DNA of 27,251 nucleotides. Source: a virus. Lineage: Duplodnaviria; Caudoviricetes. The translations under genes and the position numbers were made by a program. The notes beneath the pieces were generated by a model that made no database searches, was not told where the DNA came from, and saw nothing but the letters and a program-made list of their open reading frames with translations. The first letter of the stretch is position 1. The number at the start of each line of letters is the position of its first letter. The stretch is taken from IMG/VR virus record IMGVR_UViG_3300020042_001735, positions 1 through 27,251 of that record. One strand, given 5' to 3'. This document shows, in pieces, positions 1 through 8,611 of this stretch.

Positions 1-63
1 AATGGTTTTGAACTATCGATTCAAAAAATTGAAATTTTGGCCAAACGTGGCCGTATAAGTTAA
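1..63 (+). CDS. 3' end of a probable tail hub/stabilisation protein (partial, truncated by window start)
   Basis: Frame 1 is open from base 1 (NGFELSIQKIEILAKRGRIS, TAA at 61-63). It has a beta-strand-like C-terminus and lies directly before a fibre gene and an ejection cluster. The function is inferred from context. Confidence 0.5.
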   Translation, partial: NGFELSIQKIEILAKRGRIS

Positions 64-73
64 GGGGCGGCAC

Positions 74-754
74 ATGTCTAACTATACCAAATCGACCGAC
101 TTTGCATCTAAGGACTCATTATCCTCCGGCAATGCGGCCAAGATTGTTAAAGGTACGGAGATTGATACCGAGTTTAATAATATCGCCACGGCAATTGCTA
201 CTAAAGCAGACTTGGCAAGCCCAGGCTTTAGCGGAACTCCGACAGCGCCAACAGCGTCGTCTGGCGATAGCACAACCAAGTTGGCAACAACTGCATTTGT
301 GGCAGCGGCTATCACGACAGGTATTGCAGCTGCATACCCAGTAGGCTCAATATATATTAATGCTTCAGTTGCTACTAACCCAGGCACGTTGCTTGGTTTT
401 GGTACATGGACGGCGTTCGGCGCTGGCCGTGTCATGGTTGGTTTAAATGCTGGCGATGCTTCATTTGATACTGCTGAAGAAACAGGTGGCTCTAAAGATT
501 CCATTGTTGTTAGCCATACTCACACGGCTACATCAAGCGTCACTGACCCAGGCCACTTGCATTCTTTAGGGAGAAGCAGAGAATCAGGAAATGATGGTGG
601 ATGGGGTGCTGGATCAACTTCTGTATCTGGTAATACTGGATCAGCAAGCACTGGAATTTCTGTTTCAACCTCAATATCGTCAACTGGTTCAAGTGGTACT
701 AACGCAAATCTTCAGCCTTACATCGTTGTTTATATGTGGAAGCGTACAGCATGA
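74..754 (+). CDS. Short tail fibre / baseplate gp10-C-like structural protein
   Basis: SD-like AAGGGG upstream. It has the fibre motif SPGFSGTPTAPTA..TKLATTAFV, the segment YPVGSIYIN..NPGTLLGFGTW..GRVMVG, an HTH/HLH metal-binding tip and a C-terminal NLQPYIVVYMWKRTA. Confidence 0.8.
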   Translation: MSNYTKSTDFASKDSLSSGNAAKIVKGTEIDTEFNNIATAIATKADLASPGFSGTPTAPTASSGDSTTKLATTAFVAAAITTGIAAAYPVGSIYINASVATNPGTLLGFGTWTAFGAGRVMVGLNAGDASFDTAEETGGSKDSIVVSHTHTATSSVTDPGHLHSLGRSRESGNDGGWGAGSTSVSGNTGSASTGISVSTSISSTGSSGTNANLQPYIVVYMWKRTA

Positions 755-1077
755 GCGCCATACTTGAAAATTTGGGTGGTGATATTACTCACCACTTTTC
801 AGATGGATTGTATGCCAAAGAAGCGTTTGTCCCTGCTGGCACGGCCATACTGAAGCACACGCATAACTTTAGCCATCTATCTATTTTGGCTACAGGTAAA
901 GTAGCGGTTATGAAGGGCGACGTTATTGAAATAATTGACGCGCCAGCGTGTATAGAAGTTAAAGCGAACGTAGTTCACGGCATTAAGGCTGTGAGCGATT
1001 GTGTATGGTTTTGTATCCATGCGACGGATGAAAAAGACCCGTCTAAGGTGGATGACGTTTTAATTAGAGGGGAATAG
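751..1077 (+). CDS. Cupin-fold (RmlC-like) small protein
   Basis: The ATG at 751 overlaps the upstream TGA (ATGA), so this start is preferred to 736. It has cupin motifs HHFSDGLYAKEAFVPAG, KHTHNFSHLSILATGKVAV and a later H (VVHGIKA..WFCIH). Confidence 0.75.
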   Translation: MSAILENLGGDITHHFSDGLYAKEAFVPAGTAILKHTHNFSHLSILATGKVAVMKGDVIEIIDAPACIEVKANVVHGIKAVSDCVWFCIHATDEKDPSKVDDVLIRGE

Positions 1078-1078
1078 T

Positions 1079-2152
1079 ATGCCTTTTATCATTGGCGGCG
1101 CGGCGTTGCTTGGTGGGTATTTGCAAGGACAATCAGCACAAAACGCAGCTCGAACATCCGCAGACGCGCAAGAACGCGCAGCACGATTAGCGGCTGAAGA
1201 AGCGAGATTCCGACCAATCGGAATGACCACGCGATTTGGCTCTAGTCAGTTTACGATGGACCCAAAAACTGGCCGCTTATCTGCTGCTGGTTATACGGTG
1301 TCGCCTGAACTTAGGGCGTATCAAGATCGCTTGATGGGGTTGAGTAATCAAGCATTGACTGACGCTGAAGCCGCTAGAGGTCAATATCTTCCTTTAACTG
1401 GCGCTGCGTCTAGCCTGTTTAACTTAGGCAACCAATACTTAGCGCAATCACCTGAAGAAGTTGCCGCCAAATATATGCAAGGGCAGCAAGATTTGTTAGC
1501 GCCAAGTCGCGAACGTCAATATGCGCAGCTACAAAATCAATTGTTTAATACTGGTCGCGGTGGGTTAGCCGTTGGCGCAACTGGTACACGCCCAGGTGGC
1601 GGTGCTGGTCTTGGTGCTAGTAATCCAGAAACAGAAGCGTATTACAACGCAATAGCGCAGCAAGATGCGGCATTGGCCGCTAATGCTCAAGCTGAAGGTC
1701 AACGTCAATTAGCGTTTGGCACTGGATTGTTTGGCCAAGGCGCTGGATTGTTGGGTCAGTTCCAAGCTGGTCAAGTCAGTGCTTTGAACCCATTTTTCAC
1801 AACTCTTGGCGGCGTTGGTACTTTAGAAGAACTTGGCCAACAACCATTTAATTTAGGTGTAAATCTTGGTGGTAGAAACACCAACCCAACAGGCGCACAA
1901 GCGCTATTTCAAGGCGGTCAGGATGCAGCGTTAGCGATGCAGCGAGCTAACTCCTACGATCCATTTGCAACTGCACTGCAAGGGGCTGCAAGTAACCCAT
2001 ATATTCAACAGGGCGCGCGCAGTTTATTTGGTGGTGGTTCACCAAATGCGCCAATTGAAGATAGAAATGCTTTTAGTTTCACCGGCGGCGGGGCATATCC
2101 TTCAGGCACTGGCGGGGGTGGTGGTGGCGGTGGCTACGGACGTTTTTACTAA
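1079..2152 (+). CDS. DNA ejection/pilot protein (P22 gp7-like role), module A
   Basis: Hydrophobic Gly/Ala N-terminus (MPFIIGGAALLGG) followed by an Ala/Gln-rich helical body and a Gly-rich tail. It is the first of three consecutive internal-virion-type genes. Confidence 0.65.
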   Translation: MPFIIGGAALLGGYLQGQSAQNAARTSADAQERAARLAAEEARFRPIGMTTRFGSSQFTMDPKTGRLSAAGYTVSPELRAYQDRLMGLSNQALTDAEAARGQYLPLTGAASSLFNLGNQYLAQSPEEVAAKYMQGQQDLLAPSRERQYAQLQNQLFNTGRGGLAVGATGTRPGGGAGLGASNPETEAYYNAIAQQDAALAANAQAEGQRQLAFGTGLFGQGAGLLGQFQAGQVSALNPFFTTLGGVGTLEELGQQPFNLGVNLGGRNTNPTGAQALFQGGQDAALAMQRANSYDPFATALQGAASNPYIQQGARSLFGGGSPNAPIEDRNAFSFTGGGAYPSGTGGGGGGGGYGRFY

Positions 2153-2161
2153 AGGATTATC

Positions 2162-3508
2162 ATGGCAAGCGAAATTTTAGGGCTGTTTACCTCGCCACAA
2201 GACTATCAAATGAGACAGCAACAAACAGCGCGAAGTCAAGCGCTTCAGTTTGCTCAACTAAGTCCATTTGAGAAAGCTAACTTTGGCATCTATCAAGGTG
2301 CTAATCAATTAGCTGGCGCAACTGCTGGTTTGTTTGGTATGCAAGACCCACAACTGCAAAAAATAACTATGCGCCAGCAAATGCTAACTGGCGCAGGTGG
2401 CAACCCACGAATTAATCTAAATGACCCAGCTTCAATGCTTCGTGCGGCAGAAGTAGCGCAGCAATTTGATCCTGAATTTGCTCAGGGTTTAATTGTTGCA
2501 GCTAACGATTTGGCCAAAAACATTGCTGATATGCGCTCAAAGTCAGCTACTGCGGCAAAAACTGAATTGGATATTGCTCAACAAGAAAAACTTCGTGATG
2601 AACTTAGCAACCTTGGCCCCAATCCAACCAACGAGCAAGTGTTAGCGGTTGTGTCTAAATATGGCTCACCTGAGAAAATCTTAGGTGTGTTGCAAGTTGC
2701 TCAAACAGCGGAAGCTAATAGAGAGGCGCGCAAAGAAGAAAAGCAATTAATGCTTGATCAACGCACACAAGAATTAGCAGATAAAGCGGCTCAAAGAGAA
2801 AGAGAATTGGAAGTTGCTCACGCAAGAAGATTGGAAGAATTAAGGCAAAGAGGCGCTGATGCAAAAGATTTACAAGCACAAAGATCGGCAGATAAGAGAG
2901 AGCTAGAAGCTCAAAGATTGGCAGACAAAAAAGAGGCAAGAGATTTAGCGGCGGCAAACAAACCATTACCCCCAGTCATTCAAAAAGCTGAAGATGCTGA
3001 TTATGATGCGGCTCAAGCAGCGATTAATCTGGCTACTGATGCGGATAAATATTTGACTAGTATTAAATCCGGCAATATTAAGTTTGGTTTAAAAGATCGA
3101 ATAAGCATTACAGCTCGCAGCGCGCTTGGTTCGGGCGATCCAGATGTGGTGGCACGTAATGACTTTGAACGCTTTAAAACAACGCTAGTCAATGAATCAT
3201 TGCGTTTAAATAAAGGTACTCAAACTGAAGGTGATGCAGCTAGAGCAGCCAAAGAATTGCAAGGTGCTGAATCTGCTGCTGATGCAGGAAAAGCTATTCA
3301 GACATTACGCGACTTAAATGCTCGCCGTGCTGCTGATTATAAAAACACTATTGAGCGCCGTCGTGCTAACGCTAAGTTACCGATGCCTGAGATGATATTT
3401 GAGTCACCTAAGTTTGAGCCGCACGTATTCACCAATGCAGACTATGCAGCATTGCCAAAAGGTACGGTATTTATTGATGACAAGGGCGTTAGAAGGAGAA
3501 AACCATAA
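2162..3508 (+). CDS. Internal virion/ejection protein (coiled-coil), module A
   Basis: SD AAGGA upstream. 448 aa, alpha-helical and A/E/K/Q-rich, with a small C-terminal domain DYAALPKGTVFIDDKG. Confidence 0.6.
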   Translation: MASEILGLFTSPQDYQMRQQQTARSQALQFAQLSPFEKANFGIYQGANQLAGATAGLFGMQDPQLQKITMRQQMLTGAGGNPRINLNDPASMLRAAEVAQQFDPEFAQGLIVAANDLAKNIADMRSKSATAAKTELDIAQQEKLRDELSNLGPNPTNEQVLAVVSKYGSPEKILGVLQVAQTAEANREARKEEKQLMLDQRTQELADKAAQRERELEVAHARRLEELRQRGADAKDLQAQRSADKRELEAQRLADKKEARDLAAANKPLPPVIQKAEDADYDAAQAAINLATDADKYLTSIKSGNIKFGLKDRISITARSALGSGDPDVVARNDFERFKTTLVNESLRLNKGTQTEGDAARAAKELQGAESAADAGKAIQTLRDLNARRAADYKNTIERRRANAKLPMPEMIFESPKFEPHVFTNADYAALPKGTVFIDDKGVRRRKP

Positions 3509-5376
3509 TGGCCAAAAACGCATGGGAAGACGCTCCGGTCGTTCAGGAAGAAGCGCCACAAGTATCAACGTCAGTTTTTCAGCCTTCCGTTCCATATTCT
3601 GGTGTGGCAGAGGCGGCTCGCTCTGTAGCGCAAGGCGCTACATTCGGCTTTGCTGATGAATTGGAAGCTGCCGCACGTACAGGTCGGATTAGTGGCCCTG
3701 AATATGAGCGCTTGCGCAATCAATTGCGCGCCCAGCAAGGTCAATTCGGCCAAGATTATCCAAATGTCAAAACGCCATTGGAAATAGCTGGCGGCGTAGC
3801 TGTTCCATTTGGTACTTTAGGATTGGCAAAAAATGCCAAAACTGGTACTCAAAGCATGTTGGCTGGTGAGACACTTGGTGGCCAAATAGCGCGTGGGACA
3901 GCCGTGGGAGCCGCTACAGGCGCTTTGTCTGGCGCTGGCTATGCTACCCAAGACACTGGCGAAGAAACGCTCAAAGGCTCTATTTTTGGCGGTGTATTAG
4001 GTGGCACAGTTCCAGTGGCAATCAAAGGCGCTGGAAGCGTTATTCGCAATGTCCTAAATGCTTCGGGGATTGGCGACCAACAAGCTGCATCGTCCAAGAT
4101 TCTGGCCAACTACCTGCAAAAAGATAATCTAACGCCTGACGAGGCAATGGCCGCATTAGATGAGCTGCGTCGCATTGGCGTTCCTAATGCAACTTTGGCC
4201 GATCTTGGTGAGAATCTCCGAGGCCTGGCTAGTAGTGCTTACGCCGTGCCATCTAAGGCCAAGACAGGTACTCAGAACTTTTTAGAAAGCCGCATCATTG
4301 ACCAAAAGAATGATGTAGTTAAAGCATTGGCAGACAAAGCTGGCTTAGATATAAATGCTAATGGCTACGAAAGATTAAATAAGCTAATTGAAGATCAAGC
4401 ATCGGCAGCAAAAATAGCTTATCCAGCGGCGTATAGCAAAGACGTTTTTGCCAAAGATTTTCGGCAGTTTATGGATCGTAATGTCTTTAAAAAAGCATAT
4501 AAAGAGGCAGCTGATCGAGCTGATGTTCGTGGTCAAGCATTACCGTCATTAGATGTATTACTAAGTGATCGTCGTGTTCCAACGGATGTTATGCACCAAA
4601 TCAAAATTGGTTTAGATCGCGTTATTGAAAAAGAAACAGACGCAGTTACCGGAAAAGTGACCGGTTATGGCCGTGATGTTATCCAGGTTAAAAATGAATT
4701 TAATGATTTACTAAAACAAAAAAACCCAACGTATGCAAAAGCTAATGCTGAATTTGCTGATTCTGCAAAAGTGCAAAACGCATTTCAAATGGGTCAAAAG
4801 TATCAAAAGTTAGACGTTAAAGAAGCTGCCGCAGAACTTAAAAAGTTTAACCCTGCTGAAAAAGAAGCATTCCGTATGGGCATGATGGCTGACATCAATA
4901 ACCGCCTTGGTGATTTCAAAGGTGGTGACTTTACACGCCAGATATTTAAAAGTGACAATCAAAAAGGATTAGCACGATTAGCTTTTAACGATCAAAACAA
5001 ATACAACGAATTTTCTCAGTTCATCAAAGCAATTGATGAGCAAGGCAAAACTGCCAAAAAAGTTATTGGTGGCTCACCAACTGCCGAGCGCTTGGCTACT
5101 CAGCAAAACGCTGGTGAGATTGCGCAAATTGCTCAGAATGCTGCGCGTGGTGATTTGCTTGGTACAACTAGAGCGTTGGCCAGTACGTTGTTTTCTAGAG
5201 CAAAAGGCATCAGCTCTGAATCATCTGAGGCATTGCAAAAGCGTTTATTTACGTCTAACCCTGATGAGCAGCGCGCCATTTTGCAAGAATTACAAACAAG
5301 GACTCAGCGCCGACCAGTTGGGTTGTTATCTGGCGCAGCTGCTACAGGTACGGCCACCGGTATCTTGGGCGATTAA
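3508..5376 (+). CDS. Large internal virion/ejection protein (P22 gp16-like role), module A
   Basis: TAATG overlap and SD AAGGAG. N-terminal WEDAP, then AQGATFGFADELEA, a Gly/Ala-rich membrane-like segment and a helical body with GGSPTAERLA near the C-terminus. Confidence 0.65.
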   Translation: MAKNAWEDAPVVQEEAPQVSTSVFQPSVPYSGVAEAARSVAQGATFGFADELEAAARTGRISGPEYERLRNQLRAQQGQFGQDYPNVKTPLEIAGGVAVPFGTLGLAKNAKTGTQSMLAGETLGGQIARGTAVGAATGALSGAGYATQDTGEETLKGSIFGGVLGGTVPVAIKGAGSVIRNVLNASGIGDQQAASSKILANYLQKDNLTPDEAMAALDELRRIGVPNATLADLGENLRGLASSAYAVPSKAKTGTQNFLESRIIDQKNDVVKALADKAGLDINANGYERLNKLIEDQASAAKIAYPAAYSKDVFAKDFRQFMDRNVFKKAYKEAADRADVRGQALPSLDVLLSDRRVPTDVMHQIKIGLDRVIEKETDAVTGKVTGYGRDVIQVKNEFNDLLKQKNPTYAKANAEFADSAKVQNAFQMGQKYQKLDVKEAAAELKKFNPAEKEAFRMGMMADINNRLGDFKGGDFTRQIFKSDNQKGLARLAFNDQNKYNEFSQFIKAIDEQGKTAKKVIGGSPTAERLATQQNAGEIAQIAQNAARGDLLGTTRALASTLFSRAKGISSESSEALQKRLFTSNPDEQRAILQELQTRTQRRPVGLLSGAAATGTATGILGD

Positions 5377-5395
5377 AGTTTAAGAGGAAATTGCG

Positions 5396-6007
5396 ATTGA
5401 CCCGCTTACTATTCTTGCGGCTGCAAAACTGGCTGCAAGTGCAATTAAACAAGGTTGTGAGTTATATCAGACAGCTAAAGCTGATGGTATGGAGCTGGTA
5501 GATGCCTACGGTAAAGTTAAAGATGTGGTTGCTGACATTAGTAGTCATCTGGGACACTTTTTTAAAGCGCATGAGCAGTTGGAAAAGCATGTTCACGAGG
5601 AAGAACTAAAGACTAAAAAAGTACGTGACCCGGAATTATCGGTAAACCAAGAGGCTTTTAACCGGGTCATGGCAGTAAAAGAAATGCAGCGGTTAGAAAC
5701 AGAGTTACGCGAGACCTTAGTGTATTCAGCCCCAAAAGAGCTTGGTGCAATATGGTCATCCTTTGAAGCTATGCGGGACAGGGTAAAAGCAGAACGCGCT
5801 GAAGTACAGCGGCAAGAATTACAGAAACAACAGATGGCAGCTTGGCGAAGAGCAAGAATAGTAAAGAAGGTAAAAGAACAAACGACACTAATCTGTGCAG
5901 TATTGTTCGTAACAGGGTGGTTTTTATGGCTAATGATAATGCTAAGAATGAGTCTGACGTACCGTGGTCTTTACTCATCGCCGTCATCGCTCTGTGTTTT
6001 GTGTTGA
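5396..6007 (+). CDS. Coiled-coil membrane protein of the lysis cassette; probable ATT start
   Basis: The frame is open upstream of ATG 5489 back to TAA 5381. SD AAGAGGA (5382-5388) sits 7 nt before ATT 5396, giving (M)DPLTILAAAKLAASAIKQGCELY. There is a C-terminal TM segment LICAVLFVTGWFLWLMIML. Confidence 0.6.
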   Translation: MDPLTILAAAKLAASAIKQGCELYQTAKADGMELVDAYGKVKDVVADISSHLGHFFKAHEQLEKHVHEEELKTKKVRDPELSVNQEAFNRVMAVKEMQRLETELRETLVYSAPKELGAIWSSFEAMRDRVKAERAEVQRQELQKQQMAAWRRARIVKKVKEQTTLICAVLFVTGWFLWLMIMLRMSLTYRGLYSSPSSLCVLC

Positions 6008-6132
6008 TTATTGCGCTCCCAGTCATGGGGATCATGTATATGGACATGAATAACGCAACAGTAGCAGCGATGGAAGAAATAAAGAAAATGCGTGAACTAC
6101 GCGCCAAAATATTATTAGGAGTACAAGAATAA
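5926..6132 (+). CDS. Small single-TM membrane protein (lysis accessory?), overlapping the upstream gene
   Basis: ATG 5926 is preceded by AGGGTGG (alternative TTG start at 5842). It has a TM segment WSLLIAVIALCFVLIIALPVMGIMY and then a short coiled coil. Its stop overlaps the holin start (TAATG). Confidence 0.6.
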   Translation: MANDNAKNESDVPWSLLIAVIALCFVLIIALPVMGIMYMDMNNATVAAMEEIKKMRELRAKILLGVQE

Positions 6133-6647
6133 TGCTTACAATCTTTTCAACTTTTGTGTCGTTTTTGATGGGCGGTTTGCCTAAGCTGCTTGATTTTTTC
6201 CAAGACAAGTCAGATAAATCCCATGAGCTAAAGCTGGCTCAGATGCAGACTGAGCGCGAGCTACAACTAGCCGCCGCAGGATATGTTGCACAGCAACACA
6301 TTGAAGAAATTAAGTTAGACGAGATTAAGACCCAGACACAATCTGCGGAGAAAGTCTCGCTAATCGACGCACAAAAAGCGGAGATGAATGCAATCTATGC
6401 TCACGACACGTCGCTAAATGAAGGCACATCTAAGTGGATGAAAGACCTACGCGCATCTGTGCGCCCTGTGATTACTTATGGGTTCTTCTTTTTGCTAGTC
6501 GGTATCGACGCTGTGATAGCTTACAAGGGGCTAACAACTGGGGTAGATTTTGTTCAGTTAGCTGAACAATTATGGGATGACGAGACTCAGGCTTTGTTTG
6601 CCAGCATCATAGCGTTTCACTTTGGCGGTAGAGCGTTTGGGAAATGA
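6132..6647 (+). CDS. Holin (GTA 3TM-holin-like)
   Basis: N-terminal hydrophobic helix, W..LRASVRPVITY, two further TM segments and a C-terminal [11 protein letters not shown]. It lies directly upstream of the lysozyme. Confidence 0.75.
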   Translation: MLTIFSTFVSFLMGGLPKLLDFFQDKSDKSHELKLAQMQTERELQLAAAGYVAQQHIEEIKLDEIKTQTQSAEKVSLIDAQKAEMNAIYAHDTSLNEGTSKWMKDLRASVRPVITYGFFFLLVGIDAVIAYKGLTTGVDFVQLAEQLWDDETQALFASIIAFHFGGRAFGK

Positions 6648-7123
6648 TTAGCAAAAAAGCACTTGACATGATTAAGCATCATGAGGGGGTAAGGAATAAA
6701 CCTTACCGGTGCCCTGCCCGACTCTGGACAATCGGCGTGGGCCATGTAATCGAAGCGAATCACGCAAAAGTGCCGTTTGAAGATAGGTTAAGTTTGCCTT
6801 GCCCAGAGGGCTGGAACCGTGTATTTACAATGGAGGAAGTAGATGCCATACTTGCAAAAGACCTTAATCGTTTTGTTGCGGGAGTTTTGCGTTATTGCCC
6901 TAGCGCTATTAATAATCAAAGCTGGCTTGACGCTCTTGTAAGCTTTAGTTTTAACGTAGGTTTAGGTACTCTACAACGCAGCACGCTGCGACAAAAACAC
7001 AACCGGGGCGACCATGCGGGAGCTGCCGAAGAATTTTTAAAATATTGCAAAGCTGCGGGTAAAGTCTTAAAGGGACTAGAAAACCGCCGTAAAGATGAAC
7101 GCGCAATCTATTTAGGGAACTAA
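6644..7123 (+). CDS. Endolysin, GH24 phage lysozyme (muramidase)
   Basis: [18 protein letters not shown] gives an E-x8-C-x5-T triad. It also has [11 protein letters not shown] and [18 protein letters not shown] overlap with the holin. Confidence 0.93.
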   Translation: MISKKALDMIKHHEGVRNKPYRCPARLWTIGVGHVIEANHAKVPFEDRLSLPCPEGWNRVFTMEEVDAILAKDLNRFVAGVLRYCPSAINNQSWLDALVSFSFNVGLGTLQRSTLRQKHNRGDHAGAAEEFLKYCKAAGKVLKGLENRRKDERAIYLGN

Positions 7124-7124
7124 C

Positions 7125-8603
7125 ATGGCAAGTACCTACTCCAACGACCTACGTATTGAACTTATTGCTAGTGGCGAACAGTCCGGTATTTGGGGCAATA
7201 CTACCAACAATAATCTAGGTACGTTGCTCGAAGATGCAATTTCCGGTACAGCTACAGTTTTAGCAACATCAACAAACTACGCTTTGATCGCCTATAGTGG
7301 TGTAGCAGACGAAGCTAGATGCGCTGCACTTAATTTAAATACGTTAACCAATGGGGCGTTTAATGTATATGTTCCCCCCGTATCTAAGTTATATGTTGTA
7401 GGGAATAGCAGTGCCTATACTTGTTCAATATATGTAAGTACGTCTATTGGTAATACTACAGCCGCCGGTGCGGCATATGTGCTTCCTGCTGGGGCTACAG
7501 CGTCAATATATTGTAACGGAACTGTTTGCATAGATGCTATTAATCAGGTTAGAGGTAATCTTGCAGTAAATGGAAACCTTCCAGTAAATGGAAACCTATC
7601 TATAGGTGGGACTACTACGTTAGGCGCAGACCCTACGTTGGCTTTACAAGCCGCAACTAAACAATACGTTGATACCGCTGTATCTGGAGGAATTCCTTCC
7701 GGTGGCTTAATGATGTGGCCTACTGCATCCTCTCCTACAGGGTGGTTATTGTGTGATGGCTCGGAAGTTTCACGGACAACCTATGCGTCTTTGTTTGGGG
7801 TAGTAAGTACTACGTTCGGTGTTGGGAACGGCACGACGACATTTAATCTACCTAACTACATAAACCGCATGCCGTTTGGCGCAAGTGCCGCCACTACTGG
7901 GTCAGTAACAGGAATTATTGGAGCAGTAGTTACCGGGTCAATAAGTACAGGTGGAGTGCTTACTGTAACCGCAGTTACGCGAGGGGCATTGTATATAGGG
8001 GATATTATTACCGGTACAAACGTGCCAGCCAACTGCACAATTACAGCATTTGGTACGGGTACTGGAGGCGCTGGTACATACACGGTTAGCCCAGCCCCAA
8101 CCTCCGCCATTGGTTCAAGAACTATAACTTCCTCTAGTACAGTACTTAATGTTACCGCTGTGGGTTCCGACACTGTAGCTATAGGACAGGCTTTGGCTGG
8201 TACGGGTATAACTACTGGTACAAAAATTACAGACCTCGGTACTGGTACTGGAACCACTGGCACTTACATCATTAGTACTGCACAGAATGCGGCTAGCACC
8301 ACAATTACACTAACTGCGTTTGTTGGCATCGGGGTAAAAGGCGGTACTTCTGATACGGTTGTTGCAAGCCACACTCATACTGCAACAATTACTGACCCCG
8401 GTCACCAGCACAGTATTCTAATGTCAAGTTCCCAAAACACTAGCTCTGGTACTCCGTCAAAGCTATCAACCACACAAAATCAAACAGGCAATACAGAATC
8501 AGCTACAACAGGTATTACAGCGACGATAGCTTCAGCCGGTGTATCAGGTGTTAACCAAAACTTGCCGCCGTACTTAACTATTAACTTTATCATCAAGACG
8601 TAA
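7125..8603 (+). CDS. Tail fibre with phage tail-collar domain, module B
   Basis: Collar motif [47 protein letters not shown], an HTH/HQH tip and a C-terminal [14 protein letters not shown]. The sequence is T/G/S-rich. Confidence 0.85.
   Translation: MASTYSNDLRIELIASGEQSGIWGNTTNNNLGTLLEDAISGTATVLATSTNYALIAYSGVADEARCAALNLNTLTNGAFNVYVPPVSKLYVVGNSSAYTCSIYVSTSIGNTTAAGAAYVLPAGATASIYCNGTVCIDAINQVRGNLAVNGNLPVNGNLSIGGTTTLGADPTLALQAATKQYVDTAVSGGIPSGGLMMWPTASSPTGWLLCDGSEVSRTTYASLFGVVSTTFGVGNGTTTFNLPNYINRMPFGASAATTGSVTGIIGAVVTGSISTGGVLTVTAVTRGALYIGDIITGTNVPANCTITAFGTGTGGAGTYTVSPAPTSAIGSRTITSSSTVLNVTAVGSDTVAIGQALAGTGITTGTKITDLGTGTGTTGTYIISTAQNAASTTITLTAFVGIGVKGGTSDTVVASHTHTATITDPGHQHSILMSSSQNTSSGTPSKLSTTQNQTGNTESATTGITATIASAGVSGVNQNLPPYLTINFIIKT
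7564..7597 (+). repeat. Tandem repeat, 18-bp period (CAGTAAATGGAAACCT x2), encoding VNGNL units
   Basis: 16 identical bases at 7564-7579 and 7582-7597. Confidence 0.85.
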
Positions 8604-8611
8604 GGCACCTC

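Noticed and set aside
2879-2935. 33-bp-period imperfect repeat (QRSADKREL / QRLADKKEA)
   Set aside because: It is an ordinary coiled-coil duplication of two units within a CDS, with no sign of a separate function.
5993-6007. C-terminal CVLC as a CaaX prenylation signal for the DDxxD protein
   Set aside because: CaaX prenyltransferases are a different fold without DDxxD, and the residues are constrained by the overlapping TM-coding frame.
485-8600. Diversity-generating retroelement (TR/VR) between the two fibre tips
   Set aside because: The similarity is mainly at protein level with indels and is not adenine-specific. There is no reverse transcriptase in the window.
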